From NCBI GenBank assembly GCA_053919585.1, contig CM132791.1: a DNA stretch of 64,000 nucleotides. One strand, 5' to 3'. The position numbers and the translations under genes are program-made. The stretch's first letter is position 1. Each line of letters begins with the position of its first letter. This document shows, in pieces, positions 52,616 to 64,000 of this stretch. The DNA comes from Euprymna scolopes. Taxonomy: Eukaryota. The notes beneath the pieces are model-generated. The model was not told the DNA's origin. It worked only from the letters and a program-made list of their open reading frames with translations, and did not search any database.

Positions 52616-53742
52616 AAGTTACTATGCTGTTGCGGCTTCTCTGGAGATATTACTACCATATAGAAACCTACCTCTAATGTAGGCACATATTTTATACTCA
52701 TGGCGATCATAGGCTCAGATTTTCATGTAATATTAAACTATCCTTTAATCGCGAACTCATCCAGAGAAACAAACGGTCCAATACCGGTTTTATAAAAGAA
52801 CAAAAAAGCCTGGTATGGTCTCCTATGATTGGATTTCAACCTCTGGATAGTTGGAATATAGCCCCTTATGTTGGAGAAGGAGACTTGTTGAGCGGACCTA
52901 CGCTGCTGGATACCGTAGCCTGACCATAGTGGATTAGTGATAAAGAAATATGACGGAATAGGGGGGAAAGTAGAAACCACACACGGACCGATTCTACACA
53001 GCGTGGAGTTAAGCAATCATTCCCATAACATGCTCAACCGCCTACACTTCCTTGCAATCTATAGAATAGATATTGAATAGCTCTTTCCATTTATTCTTTG
53101 TTCTCTTTAAAAGTAAAATGTACCGAGTTACCGAGCAGCAACGAAAGGCTAAAGCCAGAGCAAGGACAGGGATACTGTGGATTGGCCGATTTAAAAAGCC
53201 GGAAAAGAAACGTTTTAGCGAAGAAATACCACGACTCGGGGCGCAGCTTCCTGTAACTCATTTCCCCACGCGGAAAAATTCCAAGCCAAACGCTTGACAC
53301 ACCGCAATTAATTTAATCAGGCGGTAGGTCTAATTCATGGCATATCAACCAGAATCTGGTGTATCCGAGTCATTCATGCAAAGGTAACCGAAATGGGGCG
53401 ATCCATATTCCCGAATTTCTCTGTTGTGATGGGGGAAGACGAGTGCTATTAAACAATTTTATGTTCCAGTCGATACTGTAGCAGAAAACTACGAAATCGC
53501 CATAGTGTAACTTTACTCTCCTGATGGGCTAATGAGGAACTAGATTAAAAACCAATCAAGAAAACAACCGATTTACGAAAAAATAATAGTGGATTATTAA
53601 CCCGCCACATATAGTCGAGGAGAATTCGTAACCAAGAAAAGACTACGCGTGATACTTAAATGAAAGAGATAAAATACATAGATATAAAAAGAGAGAAAGC
53701 GAGATAGACAAATATAAGGGCGGCTAACCAGAAAATATTTGA

Positions 53743-54795
53743 AGTATTAATGCTGGAGTCCCTCAAGAGTCAATCCTGGGCCCAACGCTCTTCCTGATCT
53801 ACATCAATGACCTCCCTAAACACATAGTTAAATCATTCGTTGACATCTATGCTCATGACCGTCTACAGCAACACATCAAAGACTGTAAATGACAAAGTTC
53901 TCTCCGATTCTCTCTCCTCTGATCTCCAGCGCGTGGTTCAGTGGAGGAAGTCGTGGCTGGTTACCTTTAATGCATCTAAAACCAAACGCCTATCTTTACA
54001 TCATCAAAGCTCTGATCCCCATTTGACATCAATTGAAATGGATGGCTCTCGTCTAGGAGAAGCCCCGTGTTTTGACAAGCTTCTGGGTTTGTCCTGTACT
54101 CCTGATCTGAAATGGAACACGTACATCAAGTCTGTTGCCAAGGTCGCTGGAAAGATGGTGGGATCCTTCTTCCGCTCCAGACGATATCTCACTACTGATG
54201 CAATTCTCTATTTATATAAAAGCCAAGTACGTCCAAGGATGGAATACTGCTGCTATATCTGGGCTGGAGCTGCTAAAAACAGCCTATCCTGCCTTGACAA
54301 AGTACAAAATAGACTTCGTGGCTTAGTGGGGGATGCCCTTTTCTCTACCCTGCAACCTCTCTTCCACAGAAGAGACGTTGCGAGCCTATCCTTGTTTTAT
54401 CGTTATTTCCATGGCAGGTGCTCGTCTGAACTCCAATCTCTGGTCCCCCCTCGCCAATCTTTCACGAAAAACACCCGTTTAGCTGAATCCACTGTGAAAA
54501 ATTTCCCCCACTCTTTATCTGTGCCTAAATGAAAACGTAGATTCCATGAACAAAGCTTCTTTCTTAGAACTGCACGCCTGTGGAACTCTGTTCTGTCTGC
54601 CTGCGTCCCACCTGACTACAATTTGGATGTCTTCAAGTCCAACGTTAACAAATTCCTAATGAACCGCCCCCTTAAGTAAACCCTTCATCAAATCTCCACA
54701 TTACCGTACTGTACTTGTAATAACCTTTATCCCTGAGTGGCTTCCGGCCCTTGATAAGTGGTGACCACCGTGTAAAAAAAAACAAAAAAAACAAA
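53743..54795 (+). mobile_element. 5'-truncated CR1/Jockey-group LINE (RT C-terminal part, 3'UTR, A-rich tail), inactivated
   Basis: [24 protein letters not shown]...IYAHD (YADD mutated, then frameshift) leads into ORF 53840-54532. After a premature TGA the frame continues SFFLRTARLWNS...FKSNVNK to a stop at 54679. The A-rich tail is at 54775-54795. Confidence 0.92.
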
Positions 54796-55878
54796 CAGAA
54801 TGCATTGAATCGATTTTTCGATGAATCCAATAGGCACTTTAACCCAATATTTTCTTTTATTTTTCTTTCTTCACGTAGCTAGAACGCGTTCCTTTTATCA
54901 TAGATTTGCACCACCTAACCTATTAGATGTTCACAATTTATTTATATTATCCATGCCTGGTTTTTCTTCCTGTTTTTTTTTTGTTATAATATCGACGTTT
55001 GCGTGATTGCATTTTGTCCAACATCAAGATTTGACACGTTTAGTTTGTCTTGTGGAAATTCCGTAGAATTAAATCTCTTAATAATACCCGGTTTACATGT
55101 TTTAACTATGCTTTCTATCATTCTTACTGTGCGTTTTCATTGATAAACGGTTGGGTAATAAATGAGGATCTATGAACATACGTATTATAACATGATGTCC
55201 GGCCTTTTTATCACCCGACATTTCATCAGACGTCTATTAATCACAAACTGTAATTCACTAGACATTTAATCACATTTATTTTCACTGTGGGATCAAGTTG
55301 GATCTATATTTTTTCACGGGTTGTGTGTAACACGGAGTTTAAAGCAAACAACTGACAGAGTCGAAGAATTTGTCCAGGGTGATAATCCAGGCTGGTCTTA
55401 GCTGCTTCGAATTTGTAACCATATATTCATGCGTTCCTGCTCCTATTAAAAAGAAACAACAAAAAAGCTTGTACATAGGTATTTANNNNNNNNNNNNNNN
55501 NNNNNNNNNNNNNNNNNNNNNNNNNNNNNNNNNNNNNNNNNNNNNNNNNNNNNNNNNNNNNNNNNNNNNNNNNNNNNNNNNNNNNNNNNNNNNNNNNNNN
55601 NNNNNNNNNNNNNNNNNNNNNNNNNNNNNNNNNNNNNNNNNNNNNNNNNNNNNNNNNNNNNNNNNNNNNNNNNNNNNNNNNNNNNNNNNNNNNNNNNNNN
55701 NNNNNNNNNNNNNNNNNNNNNNNNNNNNNNNNNNNNNNNNNNNNNNNNNNNNNNNNNNNNNNNNNNNNNNNNNNCACATTTATAGTTTCTTTCCCGATAT
55801 GGGAAGGATTTTTACACTGTTTCCTTTTCACTTAAGTATGGTCTATGATCATTTTCTTCTGTATTTTTTCCTTGTAAT

Positions 55879-55918
55879 ATCTTGATGATGTCCCCTGCAA
55901 TAGGGACGAAACGTTGAT
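55879..55918 (+). ncRNA. Minimal Penelope-type hammerhead ribozyme (C3U variant)
   Basis: AUC-UUGAUGA-U-GUCCC-CUGCAAUA-GGGAC-GAAACGUU/GAU: 5-bp stem II, palindromic AACGUU stem III and 3-bp stem I, about 45 nt before a (TA)n tract. Confidence 0.7.
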
Positions 55919-55957
55919 CACCATATCATAAATTCATTTTGGTTTTTCTCTTTTCAA

Positions 55958-56032
<75 letters not shown>

Positions 56033-56854
56033 CATATATTATCTCATATTTATAATTAACGGTTCCTATGTCAAGCCAGACATAGAAAGGCCGCAGAACG
56101 GTATGTATTCTCTTCTAATGACCCGGTATTATTTATAAGATGCTATAAAATACACCCCCAAAACCTGATTGTATACAAGTTTACGGGTGAATAAACTATG
56201 AAAGGCAATGAAAGAAAAACAATAAATGACAATCTATACAAGTAAAAACGATTAAAAATAAATAAGATGAGGAAGGTCCAAGAAGTCGCGTTTTCTCTCT
56301 TCACGACCGGCATTAACAGTATCCGAATTGGATTAATTCACAAGTGAAAACAACAGAACAAATCATTATAAACAAGCCTATAACGTAAACTGTTTCTTTC
56401 AAAACACATCTTCTCTTGTTCGCATGCTTCATGGCGAGTTTCCTGTTATGTTTATGAAGTAATTTATATCCATCGTATTAAATTCTATACTACGTCTGTT
56501 TAGATTATCAACCAGCATATGTGCTGCTTCTTGGAGACATCTCCACAGCTTTTCTCTATCTATAATTTTACGTGGTCTGATAAGGGTAGATCTGCCCACT
56601 TTTCCCTCCACAGATGATCAGGCATACCCTACATTTCGGTTCCCCACCTATTTCGAAAGTTTTCCTAATCTTACATTTAGTGAACGTCATGTTCCAACTT
56701 TGCATGGTTTTCCACATCAGCATAGAATGTCATAAAGACATTTCTTAATCATTGTCTTTCTGAAGAGAGCTTGAGTCGCAAAAAATTTGCTTCTGAATCC
56801 TGTCCTGATATCATATAGATTACACATTCGTGAATCTCTTACTCTACAAGACCT

Positions 56855-57205
56855 TCATGTTTGGCATAGAAACAGTAGTTGTTTGTTCTCTGTTTGAGTG
56901 GAGGGTTTCTTATAAATTGTCGATCTTTTCTTGATGTTTATTGCTCTTAGTGCATATTGTTTTGCTCGGTGTTTTAGGTAACTGAAGATTCCTTTCTTTA
57001 CATTATATTGATGGTGTGAGTGGAAGTTAAGATACTTGCCCACTCAGAAAATGTTCAAATTTGACTGAATAATGTGAACCGGATCCATCTATCAATACAG
57101 TCTACGGTGGAAACATAACATGATCACACATTTCCGTATTAAGATGTGTTAATAATTCGAATTGATCAGAAGTTTATGCCATTGGTATACCGAAAGGCAA
57201 CTTAA
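56855..57205. mobile_element. Penelope-like element RT C-terminal fragment with an internal inversion
   Basis: + strand 57045-57205 reads NVNRIHLSIQSTVET*HDHTFPY*DVLIIR...LVYRKAT. - strand 57043-56855 reads GKYLNFHSHHQYNVKKGIFSYLKHRAK. In Penelope-like RTs these are consecutive motifs. Confidence 0.8.
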
Positions 57206-58038
57206 TTATGAAACCAATAGCCTCAATATAAAAATATAAAAATAATACCATATAAAATAATCATTTTACTAGAAGACTATTCTGACGTATACTTATATGT
57301 CACTTCCTTTCCTAGTGAAAATATGATTATAAATATGGTTTTCCATTGGCTGGAAATGAGAAGTTTAAAATGGTGGAACATTTAGATCTAATCTTACTTT
57401 TTACGCAGTTTTAATATTCAGTAAAGAGGTTTTTAAAGCATCGAGAACTTCGTCGGATGAGCCCATGCAAACAACTTTACTCAGTATTTAAAGCTTTCTT
57501 ACTTAGAAGTATTTTCTATTTAAAATATAAATTTTATTTTCATTGTTTTCTCGGGAAAATATATTAAAAACAAAATAAAGTACATTTTACAGTTATAATG
57601 AAACTACCGGTATTTAAATTTTGTACATGTTTTAAAAATAATTAGTGTTTAATAGTTTTAAACTATTAATTTATATTGAACTAAATCAGTCACTATATGC
57701 TTTGGATGATTCGATATGCAATTTTACTGGAAATATTACTACTAAATGTATCACTTGCGTGATGCATATACATAGCTTCAGATATAGTAATTATATCACA
57801 GATTTGTTTTCGTTTCCGGACAGTCGTAAATTGTAGTATATCAAAGTATTTATTTGCTAGTTTAAAGTATTTTCTTTTTATTTACTGAACAATCAAAATG
57901 TCTGTTTATTTTTACTCGTCTCGGCACTTCCTAATATGAGCATACATTTACTCTAAGACATTATGTAACTTATTACTACTAGACGCACACAAATAGAGAC
58001 ACACAAAAACAGAAAACACAGATACACAGACGCCCCAC

Positions 58039-58108
<70 letters not shown>

Positions 58109-59294
58109 ATGTAGTCACAAGTAATAACGAATTGAAAGAAAAGTTTACAATAAAACTTGCTTATGTAACACTTCATAATTGTTAATAAGTCAATTTCATT
58201 TTCTGACACGGTTTCCCCAACAATAGGAGGATCCATACTGAAGTATCCATCTTAGGATTATTTTTGCTATCTATCACATTATTTGTCGATCCGCTTTGAA
58301 TGTTTAACCACGAGAAGAATTCGATTATTCAGGTATTACGTTATGTTACATAAAAAAAATCGAAATAAAAATAATTAATTTTATGGTTAAACATTTTTGA
58401 ATAGATTATTTACAAATACATCCCTTGGTTAATATTGTTTTTGTTTCATGAAACGTATAAAATCTATTCAAAACTGAATTGCAATATTATAATATAGTTT
58501 TCACTTATTTTATGATCCAGGCCGATTATTGACTCTAATACTCCAGGATTTTAATTAAATAAAATATTAAATACATGTAGTAAATTTTTAATTTCGAAAA
58601 AAATGACAAATATTGAGCCTTATTTAAATAAAGTATATCTATCTATTCTATAACTCATACACACATAGATTTTCAGGATGTGAATTTAAAGAATATGGCG
58701 GATGTATACAAATGCCGAGTCAGGGTAGAGAAAAGAAACATTACTATAAAAGACAGACACATATGTTCAAGATAACAGAGGTCAAAAAGAAGGAACATGA
58801 TCAAGTTTTATTTGGGAAAGTACCTGGAAATAAATGTCGTTAAAAAAATAGTAGATTAATTACTTGTCCTGTGTTCCTTGCGACGTGTATAAACGTGTAT
58901 AACGTTACATCAATGAATCCATTACTTATGAACATAGAGTAAAATGTAATAGCTTTACATGCAGAGTGCAAAGGTAATCGAGGAACCTGTCTACAACTGT
59001 TTAAATAAATGATCATAATCGTCCAGTCAATGCTGATAACAATTTACGTTTTGATACAATTTTCCTGTCATCTTACAAAGAAGACTTCAAGAAGACTACA
59101 AGAAGATTTCACTAAAGATGAGTGAAGGGTTTTCTGTCATATATTTCTGCCATATAAAATATATATTAATATATTTCCTGATATTTAGCTTGCGTGCTGG
59201 TTGAAACATGTTCTTTTTAACATTTTTATCATCCGCAATTTACAATTAACTTATCAAGTGACTTATCCCGAAAAACACCGACCGTCTTTCAGTA

Positions 59295-59496
59295 CAATAG
59301 AACACAGGGGTACGCTGGTCCTAGGATAATATTTTATCAGGTCACGCTGTAGAATACAATGTGCTTCCGACCCTGGTTACAGCCTTTGAACGCTTTACTG
59401 TGTTATTAATAATAGTATTTTATTATATACAAGTGTATTATATACTACATTGTATTTTGTTACTAATTGGTGATGTCGTATCCCGGGGTTCTATTT
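59295..59496. mobile_element. ~200-bp TA-flanked MITE (pogo/Tigger-like TIRs)
   Basis: ta-caatagaacacaggggtacg vs rc ta-aaatagaaccccgggatacg (16/20). Confidence 0.65.
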
Positions 59497-60972
59497 TAAG
59501 GGAATCTGTTGCGAGGTAATTCAACCCAAACGTACGGGGCAGCAAAGAAAATTTCATGTTACTTGAAAAGTAAGCACCTGTCGGAAATTAGACATGGCCA
59601 TATGTTATCGTTTAAAGAATATACACTTTTTAATAGTTTCGTTTAACAAGCTATGAAAAACCATAAAAGGAACATATCAAGTAGATTGTATATATCATAA
59701 GTATAATTTCCAAACATAATTGAATGCACATTATTAGAAGACTAATACTGCCACTAATAATATAGGTAATGATAATAATTAAATAATGTAGCAATTTAAT
59801 GTCGTACATACCACCCTCGTAACTTTTTATATGTAATATACACAAAGTAATTAAAAAAAGTTTCTCCTTATTTCCTGTTGTATTTAAATGGAATTACTAT
59901 TTTTTGCTAGGATCAAATGTAATATCTATTTCCTCTAAAATAATATCGTAACTTCTACATAAAAGCTGGGCATTCATAGAATGGATATATTACAAGCCTG
60001 TATAAAAGTTTTGAAGATAGACCTTGATAAGTTTATGTATTCTTACAGTATATTAACTAGAGTACGTAGATACATATTTTCACTTTGAACAAAGACAGTA
60101 AAATGTTACCGTGGGGTTTGTATTTGTGCTAGGCGTCTATTGAATGGAAATATTTTTAAGCACGCAGCAATATATAATAAATGGATAATACAAAAGTAGG
60201 TCTTGTAATAATAATAAAAATATCGCTCGAAGCATTGAAACAAAAATTATAGTAGCCCCATAAGGTTCTTTTTTGTCTGCAAGTCAGTTCAGAAAATTGC
60301 AAGCAAATAGATGACAGGTAAAGGTCTCAGTCTTTCTTATTTGTGATCTCACGGGAGTAGCGACACGGTATTGTATTGACACGAGGGTAACTCTGGCTTA
60401 AAAACTCTCTTCTCCCAAAGGGAGATAAGTTTGAAGATAGATAACTTTCTCGTCCTCAGAGTTTACTTCGGAAAGGAGGCAATCAACTCCTCATTAAGCG
60501 TCGGTTTTCAAAGTATACGATTAATGACAGGTGTTAAATATCAGCAATAGCTACAAAATGACCACATATAATTATTATATGCACGGATATCCGTCCCTAG
60601 AAACGTTTGAATCACTTCTACGTCCCTTTACGTCAATTTAAATCAAGGTAGGAGGATAGTAAACACGTTGAGAATTATTCTTTTTCAATCCTAATAGTAA
60701 TCCATTATATTTTTTCGTTCTAAAAATTTCTACAAGTAAATGCCTTATCTTAAAGGCTGTTGCGAAGAAACTGAAATCAATGGAAATTTACTTAATTCAT
60801 ATTTTATTTCCATGGATCTGTCATCTCAGTTGGATTACACCATTTTTAATAGATAAGTACTTAGTGATTATTAATCCCCGCTTTTTATCCCGATTCTGTC
60901 CACCCCATGAATATCCGAAATCAGATCTTCAGACATTTATTTCCGTTTGACGAAATATTATCTTATATAATA

Positions 60973-61756
60973 CTAGCATGGGTGCCCGACACTGCACGGA
61001 CGTTTGTAGGTGTATGCTAAGCAAAAGAGAAAAACAGGTAAATTTGTTTAAACTTTGACCCCTATCATGACCCTTTAACATTAATTGTTTTGGGCTTAAA
61101 TCAAATTATTAAGAGTTCTCAAAGAAGGGCAAATCGTTGAACTTTGACCCCATTAACAGCCAAATTTCTGGCCGCAAATCAATCAGATAGATTTGGCCAA
61201 ATCTCAGTATCCTGTATATCAAGTTTCTTATCTATAGAACGAAATTTAACAGAGTTATTGCGAAAGAAAATGTACACAGACAGACAGACACGCACACACA
61301 CGCACACTCACGCACGTTCACTTTTATAGATATACTATCATGGGTGTCCAGCGTTGCCTGGTTGTTTGGAGGTGTATGCTGAGCAAAAAAAGAAAGAAAA
61401 GAAAACGATCAATTATTTTTAACTTTGACTCCTATTATGCCCCCTTAAAATTTATTGTTTTGGGATCAAATCAAGTTATTAAGTTAGATCCATGCCCAAG
61501 GAACCTATATCTAAAATTTCAAGTGTTTAGACCCCAAATTCTCGGAGGAGTTCGGTAGAGTTCTCAAAGGTGAAATCGTTGAACTTTCACCCCTTAATAG
61601 CCAAATTTTCTGGCCGCAAACCGATCACATAGATTTTTCCAAATCTCCGTACTCCGTATATCAAATTTGAGTCTGCAGACTGAAAATTAACACAGTTATT
61701 GCGAAGGAAAATGTACACAGGCAGAAAGACAGACAGGCAAACACACAGGCACGTTC

Positions 61757-61765
<9 letters not shown>
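60973..61765 (-). mobile_element. Two tandem copies of the same non-autonomous Helitron-like family as 37259-39030
   Basis: Units start on + at ctag (60973) and ctat (61335) with a decayed hairpin. They share caaggaacctatatctaaaatttcaagtgttta (second unit) and acgttcacttttata ends. Confidence 0.8.
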
Positions 61766-61818
<53 letters not shown>

Positions 61819-62081
61819 TATAGAGATAGAAAAGAAAAGGAGAGAAAAGAAAGACATTCGTGAACTTGCGATCTTTTTTCCTTTGCCCCGCTTTAATTTA
61901 ACACATTGGGGCATTGCATTCTGTATTTTATTTTGTGGTTATTAAGTTTTATTTCACATAAAAATAGTTTATGCATATATAAATACATATGTATAATCTT
62001 GTTATGCTCGGTCATATTTTGTATGTATAATATGAAATTATGATGTTTCTGAAATTTTGGAGATTAGGATTACTTATTCAT

Positions 62082-62704
62082 ATTATTATTCATCGGATTA
62101 CTGTTCTCATCTTGAGTGAGATTTTCACACCCTTTCGGTTGATATAACCTCCGATCTTCTTCAGATGTTTTTTGTCGAACTCAGGGACGTTTCTGTCGAC
62201 TTCGGGAATTTGGACGGAATTTCGAACGGACCCTTTATTTACTTCACGGGGGTAGTGTGCTCTTGGTCCGTAAGCCATGACTGGATAGAGATCCTAAGCA
62301 ATTTGCAAATTTATATTTCGGTCGCCCATACTGAGGATTGAACCTTCAACCTTCAGGAGATTATCAAGGCTCCTAAAATTCGTACTAGAATTGTCCGCAA
62401 GGATCCGTGGCGCATTTGTTAGTGTACTGGGAAAATAAATTTTAAAAGTGATATCCTCCTGTAGATTGAAGGTTCAATTCTATGTGTGGGCGACCGAAAT
62501 ATACATTTGCTAAAGACTCAAGACCTCTATCCAGTCATGGCTGACGGAACAAGAGCACGCTGTCTCAGTGAAATTCCGTCCAAATTTCCGAGTTCGACAG
62601 AAACATTCTAGAGTTCGACACCTGACGAAGATCGGAGATTATATCGATCTAAACGTTGTGAAAATCACACTCAAGATGAGAACAGAAGTCCGATGAATAA
62701 TAAT
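62082..62704. mobile_element. Head-to-head inverted pair (62082-62366 / 62449-62704) of a tRNA-headed, hammerhead-bearing short retroelement
   Basis: The arms are diverged reverse complements. Each has a B-box-like ggttcaa(t)tc near the centre and a decayed minimal hammerhead (62126-62167 on -, 62618-62660 on +). An A-box-like gtggcgcatttg lies at ~62407. Confidence 0.8.
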
Positions 62705-62932
62705 GCATATGCAATTATGTTACAGACTTCATAATGATCGCTTAATTAGAATAGGCGTATAACCATATGCATATACGATATATACATAGGCAAAGATTAA
62801 AAAAAGAACTAATCTTAACTTGTAAAATACATCAACAGAAATAATAAAACCTTAAAATTGGTTTCGAGAATTATCACTTCTTTATAATAACTTTTTTTAA
62901 TTCACACAACATATCAACAGAATCATGAAAAT

Positions 62933-63223
62933 TGTAACGTTGTCCAGAAATCAACACGTTATCCTAAGTCGCAATAGAAATAATGGATAGAACAGAACTT
63001 CAAATCGCTTTTATTGTTTGTTGTCCATCGGCATTTATTTTCATAATCTTATATTACAGCTGTGACGTTCCTCGTGATCGTCTTCTGGAACATCATCCAC
63101 CCCTCTACGTTATCTGGAACATTCTGCCCGTGTCTAACGTGATCTTTTTTTTTAAATCCTAATTTTACCTAAGCGATGATGTCATTTCGCATGCATTTAC
63201 ATGCGGGCATACTCGCTGTTACA
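62933..63223 (-). mobile_element. Solo LTR (291 bp)
   Basis: TGTAAC...GTTACA termini, flanks AAAAT/AAGAT (4/5 TSD), and AATAAA on - near 63010. Confidence 0.65.
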
Positions 63224-63940
63224 AAGATTAGGTTTTATATTAGTATGTATATTAGTATGTTCATGTAAGATTGGAATACAAATCACAATTAAGACAATTC
63301 AAGCTTTTCAAACTGATCAATTACCGTAATTGTTGAGTTGTTTCGAAGTTCCCTGATAATTTTTTATGCAGCTTCTATAACGTGCGCTAGTTTGCGCATG
63401 TCTGGAACAAGAAAGAATAAAGATATGCGAAAATGAAGAGAAGCAAAAAGTGTTTGCTAATGAAGATTTATTGCCAGAGTATCTCATTCGCTAACACGGT
63501 GTAACAATGGTGTCTAATTGTTAGTTGGGCTATAATGGAAGCTATTAGTCAAGTAAAATATAGGACTGCATATCTCCCTGTTGCTTTTCCCGAAACACGC
63601 TCGCCCGATGATGTATAGAGTAGAATATCCATAGGGCGATTTTACGGCTGATGGATAATTGAAAACGCAGACAAGTTCCCTTTAATCAACTAACTTTTGA
63701 AAAATGTTTTTAACATGGAGATCAGACAGTATTCANNNNNNNNNNNNNNNNNNNNNNNNNNNNNNNNNNNNNNNNNNNNNNNNNNNNNNNNNNNNNNNNN
63801 NNNNNNNNNNNNNNNNNNNNNNNNNNNNNNNNNNNNNNNNNNNNNNNNNNNNNNNNNNNNNNNNNNCAAAATAGAGAGAGAAATAGAAAGAGCGATTGAT
63901 ACTCGTTCTCTCCATATCTGTACGTCTATGATCTTAATAA

Positions 63941-63942
<2 letters not shown>

Positions 63943-64000
<58 letters not shown>
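63943..64000. repeat. (TA)n microsatellite
   Basis: Direct inspection. Similar tracts lie near 14628, 39026, 39527, 40030, 43770, 55964, 58042 and 61761. Confidence 0.98.

Noticed and set aside
52740-53400. Possible L1/Tx1-like RT remnant
   Set aside because: Only vague motif resemblance; too decayed to support as a feature.
53840-54532. 230-aa ORF as a functional gene
   Set aside because: It is a fragment of a truncated LINE RT with a mutated YADD, a frameshift and a premature stop.
930-63915. ORFs containing X runs or YIYI, CVCV or poly-I tracts
   Set aside because: They are open only because of N gaps or microsatellites.

Overview
AT-rich, repeat-dominated eukaryotic DNA from a draft assembly with 13 N-gaps. 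It looks like an invertebrate metazoan intron or intergenic region; the host cannot be identified from the sequence. No intact host protein-coding gene is supported, and almost all ORF-track entries are artefacts of gaps, microsatellites or a minisatellite. Transposon relics include CR1/Jockey-like, RTE-like, R4/Dong-like and Penelope-like retroelements, a Gypsy integrase, a solo LTR, Tc1, mariner and pogo remnants, MITEs and tandem non-autonomous Helitrons. There are also SINE-like, tRNA-derived and 5S-derived sequences and a ~3.9 kb 20-bp minisatellite. The main finding is at 40371-40877 (- strand): a 322-nt direct-repeat unit carrying two intact-looking type I hammerhead ribozymes. Each hammerhead lies just downstream of a tRNA-derived Pol III A/B-box head and just upstream of a T4 tract. 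This reads as a SINE-headed non-LTR retrozyme predicted to release a 322-nt monomer or circular RNA. Hammerhead relics of at least three other families occur at about 7.05, 32.4, 36.1, 55.9 and 62.1/62.6 kb. All analysis was done by eye; no searches or folding programs were run.
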